Notes under the pieces: generated by a model
Told to the model about the DNA's origin: nothing
Seen by the model: only the letters and a program-made list of their open reading frames with translations
Database searches by the model: none
Shown: positions 31,901 through 39,533 of the stretch, in pieces
Layout of the letters: the number at the start of each line of letters is the position of its first letter
Numbering within the stretch: position 1 is the stretch's first letter
Position numbers and translations under genes: made by a program
Source of the DNA: an uncultured Methanosarcinales archaeon
GTDB taxonomy: Archaea; Nanobdellota; Nanobdellia; Woesearchaeales; CAZOXR01
Length of the DNA stretch: 64,000 nucleotides
Assembly: GCA_964566535.1 (NCBI GenBank)
Contig: CAZMIO010000003.1
Location: forward strand, 1 to 64,000
Direction: 5' to 3'

Positions 31901-33875
31901 ATTCAAAGACGACACATATTACTGGAATGTAACTTGTATGGATAACGCAACTAACGTAAACACTTCTGAAACAAGAATATTTAGGGTAGATTTGGACTCT
32001 CCATCAATAAACTTAATCTCTCCAATTAATAATTCGGGAGATACAGATGGAAATTTATCATTCAACTATATTGTAGATGATACAAGCCCTGTAACAAATT
32101 GTTCATTAATCATTAACGATGAAATCAACATAACAAATAATTCAATAACTAAATCAATAACTCAATCATTCACTTTATACAATTTTGCAACTAACAATTA
32201 TAATTGGTCAATAAACTGTACTGACAATTATAATCAAACAAATCAAAGCGAAGAAAGAACCATAACAGCAATACCTACATCAGAGTACCTTGTATTGAAC
32301 TTAACTAATGTGAATATGACAAATATTACTAACTTCTACTTAAAAAATGATAATTACGGCTTAATCAACTTCACAAATCAAATAAACTTACAATCTGGAA
32401 TTGATATTGATTCCAACGTAAACATATCAAACAACAGAATTGAGCTAAACTCAACTGCAATACCTACATTAAACATTCCAGCAACACTCTACCTATACAA
32501 CCTAACATTCACCAACCCAAGAATCTTAAAAGATGATTCACCATGCGATTCATCAATCTGCACTAAAATAGACTATACTGACGGAACATTAGAATTCACA
32601 GTAACTCAATTTTCAGTTTACTCAGCAGATGAAACCCCAATACCTCCAACACCTACACCAGTAGCCGCAGCAGCAGCTGGAGGAGGTGGTGGAGGCGGAG
32701 GAGTTCCTTCAAGATACAAATGCAACAAAGACTCAGAATGTGATGCAGATGAAAAATGTATCGACAAGATCTGCGTAAAACTATTCGATGCAAAGGTGAT
32801 TAGAGTAGATTCACCAATAGAACCTGGAGAACTGCTAGACTTCACATATTACATTAAAGGAATGGCAAATATCTCTGGAGATGTTATCGTAAACTTCTGG
32901 TTAGAACATAACAACAAAACAATAACTTCCAGCTCAGACACAATCTACTTAAACTCTTACGAAGACAAAACCGAATCAACATACATACCATTACCATTAG
33001 ACCTTGAAAGGGGGACATATACTTTCTATGTTGAAGTTAACTACTTACAATACAAAGCAAGAGCTCATAGACAAATAGAAATAATGGAAGGAGCACCTTC
33101 AACACTAGATTTCAATTTACTCCCAATTAAAGAAACATCCTCAGCTGAATTATTTGAATTCTCATATGTTCTAGCAACAAATAAAGACATAACAACAACA
33201 GTCTTCGTTGAAGAAAGAATAAAAGAAAAAGGAAAGATCATCTGGTCCAAAGACAGGCATATAGACGTAGCAAGAACCATGACATTAACAGAGCCAGTCG
33301 GAACACTAAAAGCTGGAGTATACCAATTAGAATTATCTACTACCCATCAAAACAAAACAACTAGATTAGAGCATACATTCACTATAGAAAGATCAGTAAA
33401 AGACTACATTTCTTATCTAGGACCACCAGAAAGAATCTTCAACTTCTTGATCTTAATAATCTTAGGAGTCATAGCTGTATACGGTCTTTACGGACTAACA
33501 ACAGTAATAGCTAGAGAAACAATAGGCAGAGTAAAATATTCAGATTATCTGAAAAACATGGAAACTGAATTAGGAGAAGGAAATGTAGACGACTTCCTTT
33601 CAGACCTGCAAAACAAAATCAGAAACTACCAAAATAAAGGCTACAATAAAAGAAAGATTGAAAATGCATTATCAAAGAGCGAATGGCCAAAAGTCATAGT
33701 AGAGAGACAAATACTAGATATGAAAAAAGAAGAAAAATCATTCTTTAAATTAGTAAAGTACATAGAAAAAGAACTGAAAAAAGGAATTAAACCTTTAACA
33801 ATAAAATCAATATTATCAAAATACGGATGGAATCCTTATTTAATAAACAAAGCATTCAGAAAAATAAAGAAATAA
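22929..33875 (+). CDS. Giant membrane-anchored surface glycoprotein/adhesin (BNR/Asp-box propeller, PQQ-like propeller, Ig-like repeats, LamG, C-terminal TM)
   Basis: N-terminal hydrophobic helix, dense NxS/T sequons, SxDGGxTW repeats, YQLNASNVS repeats, FDGDDD..WHYI..NGTLDELRIWNR, poly-G linker, TM; ATG 22929 overlaps HTH gene end. Confidence 0.85.
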   Translation: MNKHTKEVMLVSTFFLLLFLSLFYLQPSFTGSIVQEQQLNYSENLNLEFADSSNYVWEPDNIGELRNLELSGIITSGTNAKVYLENNGLTYLVLDTSQLDKSGLPSITGLVVLNETNNTINKTTSINKTITNETNETLTINQTLINETTPITNQTTPITNQSLENQTLVNQTTITKTITSSLTYQDNSAFDQNNDGIETTTGVIDFKLNSNFNWNVDHNKLCTKYEIYSEENQTSTLTCYGSTQCCSLVDLTPEKDSWNETLYLNLGKYDSTSNNLVSSQTIYANYSLAVENPYSEIITSNSNILSAKFLENQIPFNNICIDTCLLSNLNSPSYNLIINITNGSINLNKIDYSIIETIQNIAENLTQDTLTTKERVTIGKPVKWIKKIKLKESSNLTIKVPESATKISIIKIENNTKKEIKKENLNFKDKTKKQNLITGAATTNLELIENQTEIIITEPIEELEIEYETPGPQAIEENINENKKKIVISSDIHYENILAFTQLPKEVGEQALKLYWIVNNSKQQINFNAYDLNNNNLIDYIEWTVPHLSNQTYELEIVVLNIHSYPPLGGNWTVMFNTSGTGNLTITATQGTTYSEMFNDNQSTSNDLEILELKCGDNILFNKYDNLNANNTFILLNDNSKTKLTDTTNQSLAVNGLFVENYNCDNKTAYHTIKELTTGSHYQLLNFSGQLANAQNLVTVHNWNNKTIDTSGNHSWPTDLVAPDPNTIYIAYLNKTDEAVIFANSSDGGETWSTKYLHDANWQNTGSISIDAINRSHIYLTFNNQTGPWLTYSTDFGQTWDSKRADTSNDQKGLDIEVLDENNIFIVYDDAGNDVRVLNTSDGGDTWSEVEAWDSLTLNPYGISTDVLNKSHIYIAAANFTNGDLVFIKSTDGGRNWINRSIYDNWGRDPIIKVVDENNIHIAFVDGSGTGDVYLTSTTDGGDTWNALPVTSSNQERYIDMDILSNDIMFISYFNDSNDNLGIAKTIDGGSTWTHESIDTEGDVGRWTSIDAVGEDNVFIAYINDDEDALRFARTNVSLNFSFTLNSPADNLFSSNTTIIFNWTVINNLDSTFECNLTINNLVNISNVLTTSRIATNVTVTGFNISTHNWNITCIDDIGNTNSSETRSFSIDTAPRSSDSANLNEWRMDGRTLNGTHYYPGAIPDDISQLEVRSYAAGASTQDMSIADGYLWAAPLRLGLVKLNATNVSQLIDEGADHDLFRTLVSPVWDNFVYAGSESGAIYQYNTSNLSHIIATNTLSNAQHYSSPIVYERYVYFTDWHGTGGNFIYQANASNVSQIINSFSFSSCKNAPIIYMGYLYHGCGSTFLQLNATNVSIEIARYSAGGSFDTGIGFAAANGYVYLGNDDDKFYQLNASNVSIKIADYTTGGDIDGSPAVANGFVYIGSNDGYTYQLNASNVSQQIANYSTGAVNDGVSVTDDYLLVGGNGAVWQLEASDISQFVANYTISGPGTPTIAGGIIYFSSGSTYYQLGTGEPVTTLNAPDDNYEFGQSLVNVSFNCSAYDGIGLKNISLFLTNSSNQSFSLNQSSTLASTTNSSAWTVELAEGNYTWNCLTFDTDGKFDWATNRSMGSDRTIPTITIDTPANNTFTIDNNLDINYTVTDQNPDSCWYSNDSMTTNTSLTNCTTNIVSVTWTEKQHNVTIWVNDTVGNIGNASVTFTIDDTNPSFTNISNQTAEYGTALGYDINATDSVGVNCFTVNDTTNFKINCSGFLENNTVLGLNLYSLNITINDSAGNLNLSLMWVNVSDTTPPNFTSILNQSIFDLDALAYDINASDIHNVSCFGVNDSSFKINCSGYLENNTALNTTAYWLNISVNDSSGNFNYEFMWVNITLKPVIGLELIAPTKNMNATQGVFFNVTVNISCSRADCDEINVSLDPFNTLIFQDEFERTDLGGNWTASGSGTWETSTTCTELGTYSMRHGGSLGTVTSKVIDLSGYDAVNFSYWVKEADGCANAPESGDDFSVEYYNSSGSWVELNSLIGGSPYYKDVVIHNLSSDAFHADFQIRFNAAGTAGNYDYWNIDNLNITGRPIKNGLVSMSTSAVPFYTNTTNPFNITLSNGSSSLITWSVNATGDPNSIHEFYVYANKTSKLSLSNLTQIWNVTIIAAINDFTSPTIPNLTDPSPIDNLNTTNTTFNFNWTVTDEADLSLSCDLVINGDTNGSSIATPNATGANYTVTGFNDGTYVWNVTCTDDGSNSNTSVTRTFTVDTFQPVITLDIPANNTWQKDGNVTIKYTTTDSNLDSCILYGNFNGSWLANQTNTSVTSGVQDTFNLNLTNGTYLWNVWCNDTLGNEGFNNTYNSTFYIDTILPAITLNGPIQNFNTSASNIEFNWTAIDNLDPSLLCNLTINDLVNESLISSNNGTNTNITVTGFQDGSYLWNITCIDNTTNINTSITRNLTVDLTAPQLYFDASTLNASTYYSQNYIFVNVSVTETNLKNITYYLYNSSGLEINQTYTSQTFTHNFTSLKDGAYSINVTIFDQAGNSNSTPTRTDIILDTLYPAIEFVNLTPENNTYQLETYVIINTTITETNLKEVKYGWNNTNYTMYNDSLVLMMNFDNVSSLGENNTYVVDISGNDYNGTALNGPVINSTGKYTGAIHFDGDDDHLQIPTITFANDFAISFWWNINHDSKYRFAISEDSTGSSVKIGHNDDGSNFFVRVINGGSSDTSVSLPSENEWHYITVVRDSSDKVDLYIDDSTPTRLFSDAAQNGNSVWSVIGRGASDLGQYINGTLDELRIWNRTLNANQVYQQYISNLKKIDTDKWELYVNQSKNSTVGLENGSYTYQVIASDIAENTNSTEERTIIIDTTPPTINLDLPLNNTWQNDESVAFKYTPTDPAGIDTCTLYGNFNGSWLSNESDSSVASASQSTFNINLSDGIYIWNVLCNDTAGSSAFNSTNLTINIDTLPPTINLSAPVNEYNSSNSSVQFNWTAIDNLDINLTCNLTINNQVNVSLIESTNNSIMNISVSGFKDDTYYWNVTCMDNATNVNTSETRIFRVDLDSPSINLISPINNSGDTDGNLSFNYIVDDTSPVTNCSLIINDEINITNNSITKSITQSFTLYNFATNNYNWSINCTDNYNQTNQSEERTITAIPTSEYLVLNLTNVNMTNITNFYLKNDNYGLINFTNQINLQSGIDIDSNVNISNNRIELNSTAIPTLNIPATLYLYNLTFTNPRILKDDSPCDSSICTKIDYTDGTLEFTVTQFSVYSADETPIPPTPTPVAAAAAGGGGGGGGVPSRYKCNKDSECDADEKCIDKICVKLFDAKVIRVDSPIEPGELLDFTYYIKGMANISGDVIVNFWLEHNNKTITSSSDTIYLNSYEDKTESTYIPLPLDLERGTYTFYVEVNYLQYKARAHRQIEIMEGAPSTLDFNLLPIKETSSAELFEFSYVLATNKDITTTVFVEERIKEKGKIIWSKDRHIDVARTMTLTEPVGTLKAGVYQLELSTTHQNKTTRLEHTFTIERSVKDYISYLGPPERIFNFLILIILGVIAVYGLYGLTTVIARETIGRVKYSDYLKNMETELGEGNVDDFLSDLQNKIRNYQNKGYNKRKIENALSKSEWPKVIVERQILDMKKEEKSFFKLVKYIEKELKKGIKPLTIKSILSKYGWNPYLINKAFRKIKK

Positions 33876-33911
33876 TTACTTATTTTGACCTTTATAGAAC
33901 TTCCTCAATTC
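33876..33911 (-). pseudogene. Putative displaced copy of DNA ligase C-terminus (ELRKFYKGQNK*)
   Basis: Aligns with ligase end MVNNFYKKQKK* including the stop position. Confidence 0.55.
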
Positions 33912-34922
33912 TTAAATCACAATTCTATTTAGTTTCTTCTGTTTCTCTTCAGATATAAATCCGATCTTTTCTTTAAATATCTTAAAATCTTTCTTGTAAG
34001 TTATAAATATTTTATATGTATGCTTAGTTTCTCCTTTCTTGGTTTTATACTCCCTTTTGAAGATAGGGCCTTTGACTTTTATTCCAAGGCTGTTTAAGAG
34101 TTTCTTGTTATCCAAAAGTAGATTTGATGTCTTATCTTTTTTAACATCTATTGTATTTGTTAAATCAATCACTCTTCCACCATTTGAATCTTTCCTAATG
34201 TAAACTGAGCCATCATCATCAAATGCTTGTCTTAAGAACTCACCTTTCACTATATCATCACTATCAATTATGAACTCAGGTATCTTCTGATTACTTATAG
34301 TCTTTGGCCCATCGCAAATGCCAATACCGTACTTTAAGATTATTCCTAATATTTTTGGAAAATTGGGATGTGTATCCTCTAGATTTATTTTCATATTTCC
34401 TATTAAAGATATTGATTTTTCTATCAAATTCAATCTTAATCTTTTATTATAATTTCTATAGAAAGGATATAGAAGTGGCTCTTTTATTAACCCTCCATCA
34501 TGTAGAATAGCTGAAATCAATACTGCCCCTTCTGGACAATTGAAATTTATTGGAAATTTGGGCGAATATATGAATTTTCCATTAGTTTTTGTGCCTATTT
34601 TCATTATATTATCCATTATAGTTTCGTGACTGATTTTAAAGTAATCATGGACATACAGGAAATTAATCATTTTTTCAAAAAAAGCCAGTGATTTACTCTG
34701 CCCGTTAAAGAAATTCATTACCTCATGGAAAGGCACCCTCGCATACAACGAAATATATTTCTTTGTTTTGCCCTTTTTTAATAATATTTCTTTAAATTTA
34801 GATTTAAAATCATCATTTAGCTGAATATAAACTAAATTATATGGAAGATCCCATAAATCTGTAATTCCAGTAATATTACCTTTAGGCTTATATTCATCAA
34901 ACAATTTATTATTTAAATTCAT
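33912..34922 (-). CDS. Free-standing two-motif LAGLIDADG homing endonuclease
   Basis: ISAILHDGG and FLRQAFDDDGSV, FKEKIGF; no intein splice residues or host extein. Confidence 0.85.
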   Translation of the reverse strand: MNLNNKLFDEYKPKGNITGITDLWDLPYNLVYIQLNDDFKSKFKEILLKKGKTKKYISLYARVPFHEVMNFFNGQSKSLAFFEKMINFLYVHDYFKISHETIMDNIMKIGTKTNGKFIYSPKFPINFNCPEGAVLISAILHDGGLIKEPLLYPFYRNYNKRLRLNLIEKSISLIGNMKINLEDTHPNFPKILGIILKYGIGICDGPKTISNQKIPEFIIDSDDIVKGEFLRQAFDDDGSVYIRKDSNGGRVIDLTNTIDVKKDKTSNLLLDNKKLLNSLGIKVKGPIFKREYKTKKGETKHTYKIFITYKKDFKIFKEKIGFISEEKQKKLNRIVI

Positions 34923-35059
34923 ATTAAATCACCGAATCATTATTGAGTTTAAACTATCTAAATGATTTTTAGTAAAACGAAAATCATAATTTAATAGTTG
35001 AAATATCTCTAAGGTGATTTAAACTATTGAATGAAAATATAAATTGAAGAAACTGATTG

Positions 35060-35092
35060 TTTAAATATCTTCCGGGGGTCCATGTCCAGTGG
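35060..35092 (-). promoter_or_regulatory. Conserved 33-bp motif (CCACTGGACATGGACCC + BRE/TATA) upstream of LAGLIDADG gene
   Basis: 29/33 identical to 45971..46003. Confidence 0.75.
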
Positions 35093-36844
35093 TTATTTCT
35101 TCTGTTTTTTATAAAAATTATTAACCATACTAAGCGTTGTTATATCTCTTGCAGACCGTTCTGGTCTAAGTCTACTCAACCTTGGAAATCTCAACGCAAA
35201 TCCGCTAGAATAAGTGGGGCTTTTCTGTATCTCTTCATAAACCACTTCTACTACAATTTTGGGCTTAATCTGGACTTCTTTACCTTTTTCTTCCGTAATC
35301 AAAGGTTTCAACTCATCAGTTAACTGCTCAAACGTAACGTCTTCTCCTGACTTCTCTTTAATACCAGTTCCTACCTTTCCCATCTCAAGATATTTCCCTT
35401 CATCAATACATGCTAAAGTAAAAGAGCTTAACCATTTAGCCCTCTTCCCTTCACCCCACTCAGCTCCAATTATGACTAAATCAAGGGGCTCTTGTTCACC
35501 CTTCACTTTGACCATGAATCCAACCCGAGACCCTGGCTTATAAGGTGCATCTAATTTCTTAAACATAACTCCTTCATTCCCAGCAGAAATCGCTTCCTTG
35601 TAAAACTTCTCAGCCTCTTTCTCAGAAGACGTTACCAAGCTTTCAGCCAAAACCAATTTCAACTTGTGCGGCTTAATAATCTTCTCAAGAACTTTTCTCC
35701 TTTCCCTAAACTCAGAACTGATCATACTCTTCCCTTCATAATTCAATATATCAAAAACATTAACCTCCACTGGAAATTCCTTGGCCATCCTCTCAATATC
35801 ATATTTCCTCCTTATCCTTTGAGAAACAGTCTGGAATGGCAAATAATTCTTAGTCTTAACATCATAACCAACGGCTTCTGAATCCAAAATAAATTCTTTA
35901 GCCAGAACACTATCAGATACATGCTTAACAACATCAGGAAATTGATTAGTAACCTCATCTAAACGACGTGTAAAAATACGAATCTTACCATCAAACTTAT
36001 GTATCTGCATCCTAAACCCATCATACTTAAACTCAATACCTGCAGGCTTGCCAACCCGCGTAAATGCCTCTTTCATATCCTCAGCTTTTATAGCAAGCAT
36101 AACTTTAATTGGCTTACCTCCAACCATAACTATCCCTAAAAGCCCGCTCAACCCTTTACTCTTAGCAGTTGAGGCAACAACTGAGAAATCATTTGTCAGG
36201 TCATATGCCCTCTGAACTGCATCAACATATTTATTATACTCCTCACGATCATCAACATCAATCGAAATTTCCTTTGAATCATAACTCACACCGGCTTCTT
36301 TGCCAAAAAAAGCCCAAACAATAGAATCCCTTAAACTTCCTTCACCAACACCAACTCTTAACTCCTTAAGAACAGTACGAACAATAAACCTTGCCTCAAC
36401 ATCTTTAGCAGAAGTAAGTAATTCAGCAATAAGCCCAACTTTCCTCTCAACCGTCCCTGCACCTTCAAGCTCCGCCAACTTCCTAAGATTCTCAAACACC
36501 TTTTTAACAGTCAATTGATGAGATAACAAAGTAACTTGCTTCTTAACCTTAATCAGATTCTCAGCAACCTTGCCTAAATCCCCTGTTTTCTTCCATTCAT
36601 TCTCAATCTTACCACTACTCAACCCAGTTGCAACATTAATTGCCTTCAAAACTAATCTAGAAGCAACCCCAGTCTCCCGCTCATCCCAATTCGGAAACAA
36701 CCTTCCCTGAATCAACAACACAATAGTAGAAATATCATCAGAACTAACATGTTTTAAGAACTCAGAGATGATATATGTCTTCTCCAGCCGTTTAGTAGTT
36801 CCCTCTAATTTTTCATATACTTCCACTAGTTTACCATATATCAT
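35093..36844 (-). CDS. lig: ATP-dependent DNA ligase
   Basis: EFKYDGFRMQIH, EGVMFK, KVKG, ALRFPR. Confidence 0.97.
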   Translation of the reverse strand: MIYGKLVEVYEKLEGTTKRLEKTYIISEFLKHVSSDDISTIVLLIQGRLFPNWDERETGVASRLVLKAINVATGLSSGKIENEWKKTGDLGKVAENLIKVKKQVTLLSHQLTVKKVFENLRKLAELEGAGTVERKVGLIAELLTSAKDVEARFIVRTVLKELRVGVGEGSLRDSIVWAFFGKEAGVSYDSKEISIDVDDREEYNKYVDAVQRAYDLTNDFSVVASTAKSKGLSGLLGIVMVGGKPIKVMLAIKAEDMKEAFTRVGKPAGIEFKYDGFRMQIHKFDGKIRIFTRRLDEVTNQFPDVVKHVSDSVLAKEFILDSEAVGYDVKTKNYLPFQTVSQRIRRKYDIERMAKEFPVEVNVFDILNYEGKSMISSEFRERRKVLEKIIKPHKLKLVLAESLVTSSEKEAEKFYKEAISAGNEGVMFKKLDAPYKPGSRVGFMVKVKGEQEPLDLVIIGAEWGEGKRAKWLSSFTLACIDEGKYLEMGKVGTGIKEKSGEDVTFEQLTDELKPLITEEKGKEVQIKPKIVVEVVYEEIQKSPTYSSGFALRFPRLSRLRPERSARDITTLSMVNNFYKKQKK

Positions 36845-36882
36845 AGTTAAATATTTAAATAAGTAATATAAATAATTTACTT

Positions 36883-37545
36883 ATGGACGTATTTGATTGT
36901 ATTAGGACGAGGCGCTCAGTCAGAAGGTATAAAGACCAGCCAGTAGAGTGGGATAAAGTCATCACAGTTCTTGAGGCAGGAAAATTCGCTCCAAACGCAG
37001 GAAATATCAGCAATTTCAAATTTATTATCGTAAGAGATGAAGCACTAAGGAGACAATTATCAGAAGCGTCATACAATCAATCATGGATGGCAGACGCCCC
37101 AGTCCACATTACAATCTGTTCTGAACCTGTAAAATCAAAACGTTTCTATGGAGTTAGGGGGCAAAGACTCTACACTATTCAAGATTGTGCAGCAGCAGCA
37201 GAAAACATGCTACTCGCAGCCCACTCATTAGGTTTAGGTGCATGTTGGGTTGGAGCATTCGACGAAAGTAAAGTACGAATCATCCATCACCTACCAGAAA
37301 CAATACAAGCTCACTCCATCATTACAATAGGCTATCCAGATGAAACTCCCGAAATGCCACCAAAATATAGAATCGAACATGTGGTATTCTTAGACAAATG
37401 GGGAAGAAAGAAAAACATTCCCTTCTCTTCAATGGGCTGGTGGAGCGCAAGGTGGGAGAAAGGAGTAAAAGATGCAGCAAAAGGCATCAAAAAGCAAGTA
37501 AAACAAGTCAGGAAAGGAATTCTTCAGAAAAATCAAATGCCTTGA
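36883..37545 (+). CDS. Nitroreductase family protein
   Basis: RRSVRRY, APNAGN, ENMLLAAHSLGLGACWVG, IGYP. Confidence 0.92.
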   Translation: MDVFDCIRTRRSVRRYKDQPVEWDKVITVLEAGKFAPNAGNISNFKFIIVRDEALRRQLSEASYNQSWMADAPVHITICSEPVKSKRFYGVRGQRLYTIQDCAAAAENMLLAAHSLGLGACWVGAFDESKVRIIHHLPETIQAHSIITIGYPDETPEMPPKYRIEHVVFLDKWGRKKNIPFSSMGWWSARWEKGVKDAAKGIKKQVKQVRKGILQKNQMP

Positions 37546-37547
37546 TT

Positions 37548-38660
37548 TTATCTTGCATGTAGCAGAACTTTTAATCGTCCTTGAGTGCTAAGTAGGATAC
37601 CAGTAGTTTTATTATCCAAAATACGTTTAAATTTCTTGCATAATTCAAGTGTCATAGCTATTAAAGCAACCATCCTCTCACCCTCTTCAATTCTTCTTTT
37701 TGCCCCATCCTCTAACTGTTTAATCAACCCTCTAGCTCGTGGAATAATCTCCCTTTCTACAGAGGGAGGCAACTCTCTCTTAACGAGGATCTCTAATGCT
37801 CTTCTCCCAAAACCACTAAATCTTCTAAGAGCTCCAAATTCCTTTCTAAGCTCAAAAGCAATTATATCCAAGGCCTCTGTTCTAGTTTTCCCAGCAAAAT
37901 ATCTCCTAACACCTCCAGATTGGATAATTGCATTAAACTTATCAGCAACCTCCATAATTGTACACTCCTTTGGTAATTTCCCCCTCTTTTCTTTACTAAA
38001 ATATGAGGGATGATGCGATACTGCAAGATCAACAACCTCCTTTCTTACTCCAACCTCTCCCAATATGCTCCCAGTAGCTGTTTGGTGATGCTGGATATAC
38101 TCCAACACACTTCTTTTTAAGAAAGACAACAAACCCTTATCTCTTAACCATACTAGAAAATCACTACGATACCCCCTTGGATTATTTGATTTTCTACTTT
38201 TGAACTTAATTACATCCCCTAAAGTTATACCTTTAATTACAAGCCCGATATTACTTGGAGGTTCTTGACCAGGATTCAAAGATCTCCATATTGCTATTTC
38301 ATCTTCATCAGATAAGTCCAATATTACTTCATGGACATCTAACTTCCCAACATCATGGAGCATAGCAGCAATCATAAGATCTTGTAATTTATCGGCTTTA
38401 ATCCCCATCCTCTTCCCTATATAGTATACATCTCTTGCCACCATCATAGAATGCCTAAGTGTGTTCACATGATGCCCCTTAAGTTCTCTTAGAACAGCAA
38501 TTTCTTCTCTTCTTAAATCTTCAAGAATAGAACGTTTAAAAATCTCAAACCCACCTTCCTCTTCATCAGTTCCATTTAACCTTAATCCTTTAACAGCCTT
38601 TAATATATCATCCATAACACTTTTTTGTTCTAGTGTTTTATATATTTTATGATAATACAC
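37548..38660 (-). CDS. HD-domain phosphohydrolase (HD-GYP-like scaffold)
   Basis: HSMMVA, LHDVGKL, HH, SHH, VADKFNAI. Confidence 0.75.
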   Translation of the reverse strand: MYYHKIYKTLEQKSVMDDILKAVKGLRLNGTDEEEGGFEIFKRSILEDLRREEIAVLRELKGHHVNTLRHSMMVARDVYYIGKRMGIKADKLQDLMIAAMLHDVGKLDVHEVILDLSDEDEIAIWRSLNPGQEPPSNIGLVIKGITLGDVIKFKSRKSNNPRGYRSDFLVWLRDKGLLSFLKRSVLEYIQHHQTATGSILGEVGVRKEVVDLAVSHHPSYFSKEKRGKLPKECTIMEVADKFNAIIQSGGVRRYFAGKTRTEALDIIAFELRKEFGALRRFSGFGRRALEILVKRELPPSVEREIIPRARGLIKQLEDGAKRRIEEGERMVALIAMTLELCKKFKRILDNKTTGILLSTQGRLKVLLHAR

Positions 38661-38680
38661 ATAGCTATTTTGAATTATAA

Positions 38681-39121
38681 TTAATTCTTAACAACTACCT
38701 TACCAACAATAGTATAGAAAACAACATCTTGATAATTATAAATCCCAGCTTCAGTAAAAGTGAATGAATAACTATCGCCAGGTGCGGTTCTCCCACTTCT
38801 AAATCTCCTGGATTTATCCATTATTGTATGAGGCCTTCTGTCGTTATTAAACCATGTAACTGTAGTTCCTACAGAGACAACAACTTTATCAGGTTCAAAA
38901 GAACCACCTTCCATCTTAATGATAACTTCTTCAGCTTCTGGTTCAGCTTCAATCTTTTCCTCAACAACAACTTCATCCACTTCTTCAGAAACAACTTCTT
39001 TGGGCGCATCTACAACCTCTCCATCATCAACAACAGCTGCACCTGAAATATCATTTACCTCACTCTGACAGCCAATAAGAACTAATAAAATTACAACTCC
39101 AACTAAATATTTTATATTCAC
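38681..39121 (-). CDS. Cupredoxin-fold lipoprotein
   Basis: LIGC lipobox; FEP..V.VGTTVTWFNND..PHT; SYSFTFTEAG.YNY. Confidence 0.75.
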   Translation of the reverse strand: MNIKYLVGVVILLVLIGCQSEVNDISGAAVVDDGEVVDAPKEVVSEEVDEVVVEEKIEAEPEAEEVIIKMEGGSFEPDKVVVSVGTTVTWFNNDRRPHTIMDKSRRFRSGRTAPGDSYSFTFTEAGIYNYQDVVFYTIVGKVVVKN

Positions 39122-39266
39122 TTCTACACTCCCAACAGCAATTCAATAAGAAAGTAAGTATATAAACCTATCTAAAAACAACAAACGCCCGTGAAGAGAA
39201 TAATGTCAGTTAAGAAGAAAAAAATAGAAATGTTTATATAATGGTTATTATATATAGTTATATAAG

Positions 39267-39533
39267 ATGGCGCCAACAACTATTTTACATAGTCCAACAT
39301 TAGAATCTGTAATTATGGTAGAGAAAACAATACAAAAACATAGCCAAGAATGTGGTAAATATCAATTATGGAAAAAATTACCTAAGAAAATGATGTATCA
39401 AACTTTCCAAGTGATATTGAATTATTTAGAACAATCTGGAAAGATTATGGTAGATAAGGACGGTTGTCTAATTTGGACTTATAATCCTAAAAGAATTAAA
39501 AAATTAATCTCGGAAGGGTTAGCTGTAAGATGA
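39267..39533 (+). CDS. Small winged-helix-like protein, putative antitoxin
   Basis: 88 aa, YQTFQVILNYLEQSGKI; ATGA overlap with next gene. Confidence 0.6.
   Translation: MAPTTILHSPTLESVIMVEKTIQKHSQECGKYQLWKKLPKKMMYQTFQVILNYLEQSGKIMVDKDGCLIWTYNPKRIKKLISEGLAVR

Noticed and set aside
22929..33875. Diversity-generating retroelement acting on the adhesin
   Set aside because: No reverse transcriptase and no adenine-specific template/variable repeat pair seen.
33912..34922. Intein or group I intron
   Set aside because: No splice-junction residues, own start and stop, flanking genes are complete.
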